64,000 bases of DNA from Eledone cirrhosa (lineage: Eukaryota). This document shows positions 24,731-39,071 of this stretch, one piece after another. The position numbers were made by a program, and so were the translations under genes. Below the pieces are notes generated by a model. The model made no database searches and was not told the origin of the DNA. It was given only the letters and a program-made list of their open reading frames with translations. The stretch lies in NCBI GenBank assembly GCA_964016885.1, contig OZ024741.1, forward strand, positions 129,022,001 through 129,086,000, given 5' to 3'. How positions within the stretch are numbered: position 1 is the first letter of the stretch; the number at the start of each line of letters is the position of its first letter.

Positions 24731-25385
24731 TTATATATATATATATATATATATAAATATAGTGGTAGAACACTGGAAGGTAATATCCGTAGTGGTAGAG
24801 CACTCAGTCCATGGGATGAGTTAGGTAGAAGTGGTTACACAACAGTTAGTTCACCATCCCGAGAACAATTGTTTCACCTTATACATATATATATAATTGC
24901 GTATGTACCATATACCGTCTGGATGTCAAGTACCTAATGTCAATTGATTTGATATATATATATCTATACATATAAACATATAAATATAAGCCGAGGAATA
25001 TATGACCAAAAATCAATGGTAAAATGGAAGGTCGTTTTATATTTAGGGTCAATATTTTGACAATTTTCATCAACTTCAAATTCTAAGTAAATAAGATGCT
25101 AAAATATTTGAAGTGTGTATTTCATAATGAAACATTATTTTTCTATATTTCCTATATCGTCAGGAGTTTTATATTTGCATTGCCTTGAGAACATCGTCAT
25201 AAAGTTTTATTATTTGAACTTTTTAATACATAAATATCTCCTACATATAAATGCATTCGTGCACACATGTACATAACACATGTGCACCGACTGTTTTTCT
25301 TTGTGACTAACATAATTAAACATTTTTTTCAATCTTGTTTTGATTTATTTTGCTCATTCTCTCTCACTTCTCTCAATCTCGCCCT

Positions 25386-26220
25386 CTATTTTTCTTGCTC
25401 TGTCTCTCTACCAAGATAGAGAAGGCAAAGCTTTATGAATTCAGAATAATCTTGGGAATGATCTCCAGAAAGCAGTACAGTCAGTAGATCTTCAATCATC
25501 TCCTCCCTCTTTTGCTTATAAAAATCTTCTATGGGTTCATCATCATCCAGGATAGTTTGATAATGAAACTTATTGATGGAGTCAATGTTCCTGGACATTT
25601 TTGAACATTGGGATACTGGGACCAGATAATGGGAAAAAATCTCGAAGACTTTCTTTAAAATCATTCAAGAATGTGATGGCGGCAAACCAGTTACAAAAGG
25701 AAATACTTGCTTTGTTGTACTGATACTTTCTCCCATTCCCATGTGACAACATGTGTGGTGTTGAGTTGGCTTTATTAGCTGTGATTTTTGGGGTGGTGCT
25801 GACTTGAAGATTTCATCATCATTAATAGCTGAGCTGGATGATGAACTTTTAAGAGCAACTTTCTTGGATATCTTCTTGACTTCTTCATCCTGTTTTCTCT
25901 TTCTTACTTTCATATGACTCTTCTTTACCTTCTCCTGAATGGCTCTCACATGTTCTGCATCAACACCAGCCAGGAATGAAGATATCCGATCTTCCTGCTT
26001 TGTCAAGGAAAGCTTTGTCTTCAGATGGGACATCTTTTTGTTCAAGAACATCCTGGTTTGCAATGTCAAATATTTCCTCAAGATCATCTTTCCAAAGATC
26101 ATCTTTAACTTTTTTTTTTTCCATTTTGGTAGGGGTATTTGCTTTACCCAACACTTGCTGGATCTTCTGGTTAGTGCTTTTTACAGCAACTGAAAGTCGA
26201 CATGATGGTAGAGAAAACAA
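25386..26220 (-). pseudogene. Decayed DNA transposase relic (CRHH motif; hATm-like, tentative)
   Basis: Frameshifted ORFs EIFDIA...EDKAFL, then VCRHHILE/ILKKVFE at ~25650-25690, and DYSEFIKLCLLYLG. Confidence 0.55.
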
Positions 26221-27813
26221 CAGTACTTATTATTTAGAAGGGAGTAGAGTCTGAGGTAATAGCACCCCAGAGCTTTTCTCAAGCAGCCAAATAGTACTTG
26301 CTGAAAACCAGTATGTTTACTACTTGAAATCAAAACCCAGCACTGGACGAATGATACAATGAACCTTGAATTGGCAAAACAAATATCAAAAACTCATCTT
26401 TTCAATGTGATACCTAATACTTCTTCTTTGTACAAACAATGAAAACAAATTACCGATGTAAAATTATTTCTACATACTTAAAGTTTATGGTTCATTTCTT
26501 TTTCATTTTGGATCCTATAAACAGTATAAACATCTCTTGCAGGTATGCAGATAAAAAATGACAAAAAAATGCATCCTGGCTACAATCTAGAAGTGTTGAA
26601 GTAAATTTTTTGCATTTTTTTTTTTGCATCAACCTGTGAAACCCCTAAATATATTTGTATCTTGTATTTTTGCCTGTGTAGCTTTTATGTGAAATGGATT
26701 CAGGGCACAATTGATATGAGGTGATTAGATATGAAAGACCCTAATATATATATATCTGTCTAACCCATGTTAGCGTGGATAATGGACATTAAACGACGAT
26801 GATGATGATGTATATATATTTGTCTATGTGTATATATGTATTTTCTTCCTAAATGTATGTATGTACTGGATATTGCTGATGATTTTCTAGAAATGAAATT
26901 GTTTTACTCTTGTAGAAGTCATTTCTGTATAAAATAAATAAATGCACAGACACACACCATCATCATTATCAATTAATAGCAGATGATGATATATATATAT
27001 ACTCTGGTTATCTCTCCACTACTACACATACATACTGATGTATAAGTGATGTCTATTGTTCTTTATACTTCTGCTAAGATAAATAATGGTTTAATATTTC
27101 TTCTTTTATATCCTATCAAGTACACCCTCCCCCATGCCCCTCATCTTGTTCACCATCTTCCTGAAAAATCCCAACTTTTCAGTTAAATTCAAACATGTCA
27201 CTGTAAAGCAAGTTCTTGTTGTCTTGGTTTAATAATCTTTAAATCTCTTTGTATTCCCTCTCACCCCACCCACATCATCATATCCCATCCCTATGTCTGT
27301 GTGTATGTGATGACACCTGAAAATATCCTATCTTTATAAATCTACCATTCATCCTTATATTGAGCACTGTTGCCACATCTGGTCTTGAGCACTGTTGCCA
27401 CTCTGAAAGTCTAGATAAGATCGATAAGATACAAAAAGAATTGTCAACATTATTGGTCCTGACTTATGTCAGCTTCAATCACTATCACACCATTAAAATG
27501 CTGCTTCTCTGTGCATATTTTATAAATACTAGGTCGAGATAAAATACACTGACACCAGAAAAATAATTATATGTATACATATAAGTGTGATGGACAAATG
27601 TCATAGTCTTTTTTTGAAGTCTGTGTTGCACTTAAAATTCCCTCTGTTTTCAATCAAAACTTGCTGGTTACTATGGTGACAACACCCTGTCTATCATCAC
27701 ATACATGCACACACACTCTCTCTCCGGGTATTTCTCTCAATAATAACAACAAAAGAAACAACAACTTGTCATTATAGTGAGTCTTTTTTTAAAGTTTGTT
27801 ATTACTAACATTA

Positions 27814-30800
27814 CTAGCTGACGTACCCAGCTTCGCCCGGGTAAACAGATGATAAGAGAAGACAGGTAAAAGAGAAAATGACTGTATTGGATGTTTGTCT
27901 GGTTACAGTATGAGGCGAGTCCGTGATGTCTGTGTGATACCAAAAACAGTAAAAAAATCTTCCAGATATACCAGATTCTTCGTTGTACCGTTTGTGCATA
28001 GTATATGAACAATTCTAGGTGCTCCCACCTAGAATAGTGACCTCGAGGAGATGGTTCATCTTCTGCCTGACTGTAAAACGTGTATCATTGCATAGACGTG
28101 GTTGTTCCACGTTTCACAAAAGGATGATGAAAGTTCCAATCTTTTATATTATATGTAGATATAGATATAGATAATTAATATAAAAGATGTCCGTCAATGT
28201 AAAAAAGGTCCCTATTTACTTGAAATGGTTTATACAAATGCCAAATTAATATGGATATGGATAACATATTTATCTATAAGTGGTCAGCTATAATAATAAA
28301 ACAACAAATTATATGACACAAAAATTTATTCAGTAATTTCCAGGCTCTTAGCCACTGAGTAATAGACAGTCAATATTGCCCAGGGTTCAACTCGGGGAGG
28401 TGGCCTGGTTTGAACTCCAAATGGCGGATCCTTCTACTTCGAAAATAGAATCGTTTTTCAATATTACTCCAGCCCTGGCTGGCCATAGGCACCAAACTTT
28501 TTGCCAGACTCAGCATATGATGAGGTTTTATTACCACCGCTATCAGAAGCGATACATTTGAAGGCAATTTCTACCAATACTTGTTGCTTTTTATTGCTCA
28601 TTATCGATTATAAATGACATTGAACAGAAATGATAACTCTATCAAAGCTCACAATACTGATCAAAGGACACCAATGTCTGAATCATTTACGTTGAATATT
28701 CATAGCAGTGAAGGCAATTTCTACCAATACTTGTTGGTATTTATTGCGCAATATAGCAGTGAAAGCAATTTTTACCAATACTTGTTTGTTTTTATTGCTC
28801 ATAACAACATTTAAATGACATTGAACATCAATGATTACTCTGTCAAAGCTCACAATACTGATCAAAGGACACCAATGTCCGAATCATTTACGTCGCTTAT
28901 TGATAGCATTAAAGATATGCATACATCAGCTCAAAGCTTCATTATAGACAATATTCAGGGTTGTTCCTCTGTTAGTGGTATCAATTGCAAATTTTACACC
29001 ATCAGGATTGCACACTCAAGATGCAGCAACATACAGTTGCCCATGGCTGAATGCTGGATCATTCAAGTAGACACCGACTCACTTGAAAGTCTGTCCCTGT
29101 GCCTTGTTGACAGTCATGGAGAAGGCCAAATTGACGAGAAACTGTCTCCTTTGCCAAATAAATGGCAGCAGATCTTCACTTGGTTTCATCATGATCCTCT
29201 GAATGAGAACCGAGTCCTCTCTGCCTGCGAGTTTAGCTTCTAAAACTCTTCCGTTAATCAATCTCTCAACAATCAATCTGGTACCATTGCAAAGACCCAT
29301 TTTATAATTGATATTTCTAAGCAATATAATCAGCATACACTTTTTCAACCTCAAAATATGTGTGGGGGAATCTGGGTATTTGAAGTGAATTCAGATACTC
29401 ACTCGGAACATCCATATTGTTCTGCTGATTAGGCTCCATTGCATCCACACTGACGGTCAACCATTCCTCTCTAGGAAACATTCCGGCTACTTGTGAATTT
29501 ATTTCATTGACCGTTGCATTCGTATGAGTTAGAATAATGCGTTCCGATATCCAGGAGATATTCTGCCAAAAAGCATTCAAATTAGGGAACACCCAGTCAA
29601 TCAATGCTTGGCGGTCCAGTGGCATGACCAAATGGTCTGGGATTCTTGCAGTCTGATTATCACCAACGTGTGGCAATTCATCGTTTCCCAACTGCATCAA
29701 CCATCAGCCATATGTCTCAGCCTCTTCATTTTGCCCGAACATACAAAGTCGCATATTATTGTGTAATCGTAAAACTCTGAAATGTCGTCACAACGGGCAC
29801 TTTTTCAGACATGGATCGACAATTTACGCTCTTTGAGCATTCCTAACAATTGGTAGCACCTGTTTGAAATCGCCACCAAGAACGATAGTCTTACCACTGA
29901 ATGGCAGGTCACTACCGCAGATATCTCTCAGAGTCTCGTCCCAAATAATCAGACGTTTTGCGTAGAAGGCTCGCGAGTTCACTTTGTCCTGTAATGTTAC
30001 AGACACTCAACTCATCCGGAGCCAATGGAGCCTTGAAGCATGAGTGGAAGGTCCTTCCACCACTCAGCAAAGTGGCAGTGATCCCACTGGTGGCCACAGG
30101 GAGAGCAATCTCCCTCTGAGCTCTGACTGCCGATAACATAGTGTTGAAACAGAATGTCTTTCTGGTGCCTCCTGGAGCATTTATGAAAGCACAAAGTTGC
30201 TCATTAGTGGAAATCAAGTGGAAAACGCCATTGACCAATTCTCTCTGAGATTGGGTCAACATTGGCATACGTTCATCCACAATACGTTGCTGTTCCAGTG
30301 GATCAAACTGGAATAGTTCCCTCCGATCGAGTGGCAACCGTCTAAGCTGCAATCTCATGTTCAATACTAAGACACGTTGCCGCATTTTTTCATCAGGAAT
30401 TGGCAAATTGAAATCTGTTAAACATTTGAAATGAACTTCAAGCTGTTGCTCATCATCGACCTGAAGATGATGCCTAAAATCATCAGCCATAATTCCCCAA
30501 TGGCGTTCAAATAACCCTCTTGGATCGGCAGGAATGCAGAATCCTAGAATCGTGACAAACAACTGCCTTATTTGAGCTGGCATCTGTGTTGTTCCTCCAG
30601 CTTCCATAGCGTTATTCCATTCAGTGTCATCCTGAAGGAGTCCCAGATGCTGACACACAGCCTGGTATGTTTCATATTCCATGCCATTGATTGTTTTCAA
30701 ATCAGCGAAGCTCTGTTTACCTCTCGAAAAATCATTATGCAACAGAATTCGGAGATAAAACACATCACCAGATGCTGGATGGACATTACAAACCCGTCCA

Positions 30801-33800
30801 ATAGTCATGAATCTCAACTTTTGTTTTCTATCATTCCATTTCTTTTCCTTCTTATCCCACATAAAGTGCGAAGGGAAATCGCAGTAGAGCTGCCTTTGAT
30901 CCGGGTTCAAAGCATGTTCCCTATTATGCTTGAACCACTCAGTCAATTCCGTCTTAGGAGGTGGTGCATTAGCAATTCTTTCGACACCTCTTCTAGTGTC
31001 CTGAAAACAGACCATTTGCCTATTCTCTAAGTGAACCGTCAGTTTCTGAACGCTGGGTTTGCGTTCATTGAGATGAAAATCGAACAATCTCCAGCAAGCT
31101 TCGCTAGATCCAATCGAGCGAACATCCTGGAACCTGCCAACTTCATCTCCTTGGTTCACTTCCTCATTCCTGACATTGAGCATTGCCCGATCATGACCTT
31201 TGTAAACATATTTGAATAGATATTTGCAAGCTTTCACTGAGCTACAAATTTCCGCATTAATATGACAACGATATTTCATAATCAAATATGGATCGTATGG
31301 CACAACCCATTGATTTGTAACCTGTCGACCGTTTACATTTTCGACCAAACCGCCATCTGCAGGCGACCGTCTTCTGTATGAGGGATGAGCATCCCCATCG
31401 TTCCAGGAAGTGTTCGGGACAAAAGATTTCGGAAAGTGCTTACTGCATTGGCCATTTTTCATGCAAGGCGCTTTCCGATTTGCCACTCCGCATTGGTTGT
31501 GCACCATCGACTTTGCCACCAAGTTGCGTAGTGCCTCATTCTCCGGTAGTTCAGCACACACAATGCTGTCGACATCCTCAGCACATCTCAATTTGCAATC
31601 TCTATGTAAAATGATCAGCAAATGTGCATGTGGCAATCCTCATTTTTGGAATTCAATTACGTATGTAAAAGCAACTATACCTCCAAAGATTCCCTCTTTT
31701 TCCACATCATCCATTATCTTTTTCAGATATCCTTTGAATACTCTTGCCACAATATCAGGACGGTCCTTTTTGCTGTTGTCCTGGGCAAAGTGCATTCTTA
31801 ATATCAGTCCATTCAGGATTGCATGTAACCGTTATAAACAAATCTGGCTTTCCAAACTTTGACAATAGCCATCCTGATAGCGAATGTTCATATGCCTCGG
31901 GCCGCCGCTGAACGACTATGGCAAAATGATGCGTCGACCAATTTGCTTGTAATTGGCATCATCGGCTGTGTTATCGCATCCTGTATATTATTATACAATT
32001 CAGCTCTGATGTGTAGCTATATAATTTAGCCTTTGATTTTCAATCTTTGTGAATGCCATACAACAGTATTCCTGGAACAATCTGCTGGCTTGAAATAGCA
32101 CATTTCTCTGTTGATTCCTCTCGTTCAAATGGAACGCATAAAAGTCGCGAATCGAATTATTGTGTCTATTGCCACCTCCCTGATGATGCTGATTCTCATG
32201 ATCATCTAAATGAACAGACATGTTCTATCCATTTTCACCTTTTGGGAATAAAAGAACATAATGCAATGGATCGTATGCCCTATTTGACTCATTGATTGTC
32301 TTGAGACCACCATCTCTGCGATTGAGGATGATATCTCTCGATCCAGGCTTATTGTCCATCAACACAGCAACTTCACGAAATCCTTCAGGGGCATTATATC
32401 GCCGTTCGTGTTGATTCCTTGGCACTGCGTCAGCCTTAATCACCAAGTTTGCTGCTGAACATTTTGCAGTTCAGCCACCAACATGAAATCCATAACATAA
32501 GGATTACACTGTCTAAGCCATGATTGCAAATCACGGATCAAATCACTTAACCTTTGCCGTTCAAGTTTAGTTATATTTCCCGGCAACTTCATCCAACCGA
32601 TCCTGATATCCTCCTCCGATTCACTATAATCTGGATCGTTAAAGTAAATTTGAGCGAATCGAGGCCTCTCTGCTGGGGTAACTTCTAAATTAACGATACA
32701 ATGATTCAAACGGCCTTGAATGACTACATTCGGTTGCCATGCCCCACTCTCAAACATCTCACTAACTCTCTGCGAAGCTAAAGCTAATGAATTGTTAATT
32801 TGCCGCGAATATTTGCGCAGTAATCTACCTCGGTCTCTTTGATCGCCCCACATGCTTAGTATTTTAAACTCTGGTGACTCCTCATCATCCGGCATTCGCA
32901 AGGGTTCTAGTTGAACTGCTCCTTTATGACAGCACATTGTGGTCCACGTCTTTTCGTGCCTCCAAAGCAATGTTCCACAATGTGGATACTGCTCGCCCAC
33001 CAATCTGAAAATGACACGGTTGCCATGATCCATTTTTAATATTATCCGTTCGCCTTCTAGCCTCTTTACTGGAATGAGGAGCACTTTGGCGACACATTCT
33101 CTGAACTTCTGTACTGCGCTGGTGCTGTTCAGCCAGCACCTCTTCATCCATCGCAGCACGCTGTTGCTGCTGAATTCTGGCCATCTGCTGATGATGCTCA
33201 GCCAGTTCGTCTTCAACCATTGTAGCACGCCGTCGCTGCTTGGCTCCAGTGTTTTGTTGGCGTTGTTCAGCCAGCTCCTCTTCATTCATGGTGGCACGTC
33301 TTCGCCTCTGAAGTTCGGCGTTCCGATGGCGCTGTTTGGCCCGTTTTTCTTCATTGCTGGCTGCACGCCGTCGCCGCTGTAGTTCAGTTTGATAAAGTCG
33401 AATTGCTTTTATTATCAGTATTCATTTTGAGCAATTGTCAAAAAATGACACAATAATAAATATAAAAGATGTCCGTCAATGTAAAGAAAGGTCCCTATTT
33501 ACTCCCTTCACAAATCTGTGTACGTTAGACTGACAGACAGGCACACAGATAGATAAAGTGCGTGGCGATTGTGGAACGCCACACACATACACGCATGGTA
33601 ACGCGCACACGCACGCAAACTTAGACGCACACACTCACACATGTTGATAGTTTTTACTTTCTGTGGAACGCTGCACGCACGCACACATAAACATATACGC
33701 AAGTACATACACACGCACACATGTTAATAGTTATTGAACACAGCGTTCACACTCTCCCCTCTCACTCCCTCATTGTTATTATGCATATTAATTTCAGTTT

Positions 33801-33903
33801 GGCGTTGTTGAGGTGGGCGGAGTCGTTTGAAACCTATGAACCAATGATAATCGAGAATTATGACACACGGAATAATGACGTTCTTCAAATTAGATTAAAT
33901 AGA
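27814..33903 (-). mobile_element. Helitron (autonomous type, inactivated), ~6.1 kb
   Basis: 5' A|TCTATTTAATC at 33903. 3' hairpin cccgggcgaagctggg then CTAG|T at 27814. Encodes RepHel fragments. Confidence 0.85.
28927..33400 (-). pseudogene. Helitron RepHel (STPR-like repeats, Zn finger, HUH Rep, PIF1-family helicase), disrupted
   Basis: IEFQK*GLPHAH (HUH motif 2 with stop), KYLFKYVYKG (motif 3), APGGTRKTF (broken Walker A), GGDFKQVLP, GLCNGTRL, FSMTVNKAQGQT, FSHGQLYVA. Several stops and frameshifts. Confidence 0.92.
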
Positions 33904-34504
33904 TTATGTCATAAATAACCATCTCTCTTTCACATACACACATACTCTCTCTCTCTCTCTCACTGTTTCTCTCTTATCAACAACTTATCATTCCTCCTCT
34001 TTTCCCTCCTACATATATGTGTGATGGACAAACATAGAGAAACAGCTTCTCTTTTCTAATATGGAAACTGTTCTGATGAGCTTTCTTCTGAGTTTAAATA
34101 AAGCATTAAATTGGCAGCTAGATCACAAATATAATCACAAATTTTATTCTGACACACATTTCACCTATGGAATTCTCTTCCACTACAATTTGCAAAAAAA
34201 AAAAAAAAAAAAAAAATTCTAAGCAACATCAATCATCATCGTCTCTCTCAAATTATGTTCCCTCTGTCTTGTCCTTCTCTGTAACCCCTTGCATTTTAGT
34301 GGCTTTATTGTCTTGCTTGGGGCCCTTTCCTGCCATACACCCTGTGTACCCTCCTGCATCCCCTTATCACAGTATTTATCTAGCTTGTGTGTGTGTGTTT
34401 GTATGTGTGTTTGTGTGCGCAAGTTCATGCATGTCATACCCCTTTCCAATGCTCTCTCTCTCTCTAAGGCCCTGTTGATTTACCATAGTTTCATGCCCTT
34501 CTAC

Positions 34505-34810
34505 TAATTATGATGAATAACAATCACAGCAATGTTGTTGATGATAACAATGACAATTATAATGGTGATGATGATGATAAAAACAGAATGCTTGATAATA
34601 ATAATAATAATGATGATGAGGATTGTGGTGATGATACCAGTGATGGCAATGATGATGATAAAAATCAGAATGCTTGATAATGATGATGATGATTGTGGTG
34701 GGTATAGCGATGATGATGCTGGTTATGATGATAAAAATCAGAAGGCTTGATAATAATAATGGTGATGATGATGCTGATAATAATAATGATGATGATGATG
34801 GTGATAAAAA
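34505..34810. repeat. Degenerate (GAT/AAT)n repeat with recurring gataaaaatcagaatgcttgataat
   Basis: Visible trinucleotide runs with a thrice-repeated 25-mer. Confidence 0.8.
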
Positions 34811-35160
34811 TCACAACACTCTTCTTCCCAAACCCCACCGGACAGAAAACCTGTAGTATTTCTGTGTTTCTACAGGTTTAGCCACCATACCACACAACAA
34901 CATCAATACCTGTGTATGATGTAACAACAACGTCACACCAACAACCATACATAATTCAATTGCTATTGTACAGTTGTAACTGTGCATTGTTTGTGTGCAA
35001 TAAAAATAAATTGCAGTCTGGTTTTTGGTCATTGTTTCACATGGAGTCTGTTGTTGGGGTGTGGTGCTTTTGTCTTTTATTTTTTTGGCATTGCTGGTGA
35101 TGCGGAGTGAGGTGAGACAAAGGTGTTCTTTCTGAATATTGATTGTGTCCACTCTATCAT

Positions 35161-35470
35161 GGTGGTGGTGATCAGTAAGGGGGTAGGAGAGGCTCTGCAA
35201 GATACTTAGTCCTTGTCAGTCCTGTCTATAGTGGTGGTCAGTGTGGGCAAGTGGTTAATGAGGTGGGAGAGGAGGCTCTGCAAGATATTTGATCCTTGTC
35301 AGTCCTGTTTATAGTGGTGGTGGTTTGTATTGGCAAGTGGTTAGTGAGGTGGGAGAGGAGGCTCTGTAAGATATTTGGTCCTTGTTGGTTCTGTCTATAG
35401 TGGTGGTGATCAGTGTGGCTGAGTGGTTTGTGTGAGGGGGAACTCAGCAAGATGCTTGGTCATTCTTGGT
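35161..35470. repeat. Diverged ~80-bp tandem repeat, ~4 copies
   Basis: gaggctctgcaagata...gtccttgtcagtcctgtctatagtggtggt recurs. Confidence 0.75.
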
Positions 35471-37169
35471 CTTATCTATCTTGTTGGTGGGAGTAGTAGT
35501 CATTGTGGTGTTGTTGGTGGTGGTGGCAGGGGTGATGGCGTTGTTGTTCTTAGTGATAGTGGTGGTGATGGTGTTGGTGTTGGCAGTGTGTGTGTACTCT
35601 GCTAGATACTTGGTCCCTGTCATACAAGTGTCTTCTATAACCTCTGGTTAAGCAATGCTAGTAAAATTTACCTGATGGAAACTAAATAGTACTCAGCTCC
35701 AACGAAGGGGTCACCTGATAACTTTAGCGCACCTTGCTTCTGGATCCTGACTCTCATTGCTTTTTATTGTTAACCCTTTCATTACTGTATTTCTAATGAA
35801 ATAGTAACTAACCATGAGGGATTTACTAAGATTATTACTTAATTTGTTATACTAAGATAGTAACTAAGATGTAATTCTTATATAAAATTATGTGGGAAGA
35901 TTTAAATTTAAATAGAAGTCATTTAAAATTTCTGTCTGATTCTTATATAAAATTGGGAGTTCTTATTTAAATAGAGATGTCAAAGTATTTGGAAAACTGG
36001 TACAATGTGAATAGAAATATAAAGATAGTAATAGGGGAAAAGGGTGACAAAGAAAAAAAAATGTTTTTACTCATCCAGCCATAGAAACGAAGCCAGAAAC
36101 AGTTTTGTATGAACAAGACATGGTCACCTGACCGACTTGTCTCAAACCGGACAACCTGTATAACCCCTGCTAGTGTGGAAAATACCTTCTTTTGCCCAAA
36201 TATATTGGGTAAAGAACATTGTTTTGTCATCCTTTGTTATCCTATCTGCATTGTACTGGCTCCTCAAACACCTTAACATTTATTACATGTCTCACAATGC
36301 TTCATGTAAACTCTACTGCTTTATATAGAAACCTTTTAACATTAGTGGTTTTATTTTGGAGAACCTCAGTCAGGCTGGTGTCAAGAGTTAAACTCTTTGC
36401 TCACTCAGACATCATGTGTATGTCTTACTTGGCCTGATAACGTCTGTGTTTTAGCATGGCCATGGCTATTTTATCTGTGCTGTAGCAAGTGGAGGCACGT
36501 GGCCTAGTGGTTACAGTGTTGTACTTAATGTCATGGGATTGATTCCTGGACTGGATTGTGTGTTGTGTTCTTGAGCAAAGCATTTCATTTCATGATGCTC
36601 CAGTATACTGAAACGAGTACCAGCAATAGCTGGGAGTATAACCCTGCAATAGACTGGTATCCTGTCCAGTGGGGAGTCTTATACTCTCAGTTGCTTCACA
36701 CCACAGAAACCAGGATAAGCCCTGACTTGATGAACCTCTGCGCTCTAGACAGACTTTAGTAGCATGGCTATGACAGTGATGTCTTAATAACATACATATA
36801 CATAGCTATATACACTGGTACATACACATGCACAGTTATATACATAGGTACATACACATACATTTACACATACACATATATATATATATACCGGTATATA
36901 CCTCTCAGTCCACACTGTAAATGTGGCTGGTGTTAGGACAGGCATCCAGCCGTAGAAAACCTGCCAGACAGTCCTATACGAACCGAGACATGATGGTCAC
37001 CTGACCAATCTTGCCTCAAGTAGGACAATTCCCGTCTAAACCCATGCTAGCAACGTTAAATGATGATGATGATACACATACATAGCTATATACATAGGTA
37101 CATACTCATACATATTGACACACAGCTATATACACTTACATGTATGCACAAGATAAATACATGGACTCA

Positions 37170-37204
<35 letters not shown>

Positions 37205-37205
37205 C

Positions 37206-37285
<80 letters not shown>

Positions 37286-37329
37286 GAGACACAGAGACAC
37301 ACAGAGACACAGACACACAGACACACACA

Positions 37330-37525
37330 CACAGGTTAAGAAGTGCCAAGAAAACTGAATGTAGGGAAGCTGCAGTAGAGGAAGACTTGGGCAGAGGTGA
37401 GAGAGCTGGTCGCAAATAGCTCAAGCTTACAGAGGAGATGGCGAAGGAACGGGCCGTGGAGAGATGCTGTACTGAAAAAGAACTGACCATCTTATGTGAG
37501 CGTGGAACAGCAGACGTAAAATAAT
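37330..37525 (+). mobile_element. RTE LINE 3'-end fragment
   Basis: Decayed KKCQE...KTWAEV...LKLTEEMAK...RDAVL homologous to the 4631 copy. Confidence 0.65.
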
Positions 37526-38292
37526 AATAATTGTTTCTATTTTTGGCACAAGGCCAGCAATTACCGAGTACATTACTGGTACTTTATTTTTCGACCCCGT
37601 AAGGATGAAAGGCAAAGTTAACCTCGGCGAGGATTATTTAATAATGATGACGATACAGACATAAACCCCCCCCCCCCCCCACGTTTGTACATGATACAGA
37701 TTCATGTACATACACACATAGACATGTATGTATAAACATACATGTATATGTTTGTAAATGTATATAAGTACATGTAATACAAATGAATATATGATCCACT
37801 GATACAAGTATACATGTGTTTTTTTGCAATACAAACACATGTATACTTGTATCAGTGTTTATCCCTATCATATATTCATTTGTATTACACGGCTCAGAAA
37901 TATTCCTTTATTTGAGCTATTTAATTGTAAAAGACTATTTGAGTTTATAACTCTATATATAATATAAGTACATGTATACATTTACAAACATATACATGTA
38001 TGTTCACACATGTGCTGATATACGTGTACATGTACACATACATCATCATATAAACACATGCACATAAACATACACACACACACAGACCCAAATCCACATA
38101 CACAACTTCATGCTTCAGCGCACACATCCTCAATATCAAATATTGCTATTTCTATAGTTTATCAATGATGCATGTATGTTGCTTTGTGTGTGTCTGTGTG
38201 TTGTATGTGGTGGTGGTTATTTGTGATGTGAACAGATTATTTATAGTAACCACTTTATATAGTAAGGGGATAGTGGTGAGTGGATGGGTGGT

Positions 38293-38336
<44 letters not shown>

Positions 38337-38395
38337 GTAGGAGGTGAGTTTTATTGTAGTACAATAAAGCAATGCAGATATCGGATAAGAAGCAC

Positions 38396-38428
<33 letters not shown>

Positions 38429-38735
38429 ATATGTTATTCCCACTCTTCTGGATTGTGATGTTTTAAATAATAATTTCGCCCCCCCCCCCCCCCCCCCTAT
38501 CTCTCTCTCTCTCTATAGAGAGGTTAGGGTTATAGTTGTGTGAAATTAGTTTCTTTTTATATTTATAGTTATCAGTTTGTACATTGATGTGTACGTGTGT
38601 TGCTTTGTATTAGCACTATCATTTTAAGTTGTGGCAATAACAATGTGTATTAACAATTAATTAGTATATGTTACATAGGTGAAATGTTAATATAAGGCCA
38701 ATATTCAACTTTATACGTACAAAAATTGCAGTATA

Positions 38736-38817
38736 TACAGGGTGTTCCAAAAATGTATACACACTTCAACACCATTTTAATCAAAGTGTGTATACATATT
38801 TTTGGGACGCCCTGTAT
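38736..38817. mobile_element. Tiny Tc1/mariner-type MITE (hairpin)
   Basis: ta-cagggtgttccaaaaatgtatacacactt / aagtgtgtatacatatttttgggacgccctg-ta. One end of the same family at ~5598-5632. Confidence 0.7.
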
Positions 38818-39071
38818 ATTAGAAATATTTTCTGCCCCATGGTTAACCTTTTGCTATTTTGAAAGCAAATGTTTTAGTTTCTAATTTGCTATTGAAACAG
38901 TAAAAGTTTAACCATAAGGCAGAAATTCCTTAGAGAGAGAGAGAGAGCAACCAAACACACACACACTTTTTCTTTCTTCCTCTTCTCACTCTCTTCTATT
39001 TCTTTTATTTCACATTCTATTTTCTGATGACTCTTTCCCCACTATATCAAGCGTTAAACTAATACATATAT

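Noticed and set aside
29912-31636. Intact 574-aa host PIF1/Rep gene
   Set aside because: Fragment of a Helitron RepHel bounded by an in-frame stop in the HUH motif, with a mutated Walker A and downstream deletions/frameshifts
35668-35757. Possible minus-strand mini-exon (MRVRIQKQGALKLSGDPFVGAEYYLVSI, cag|gtaaat)
   Set aside because: No recognisable homology and no partner exons found; may be chance
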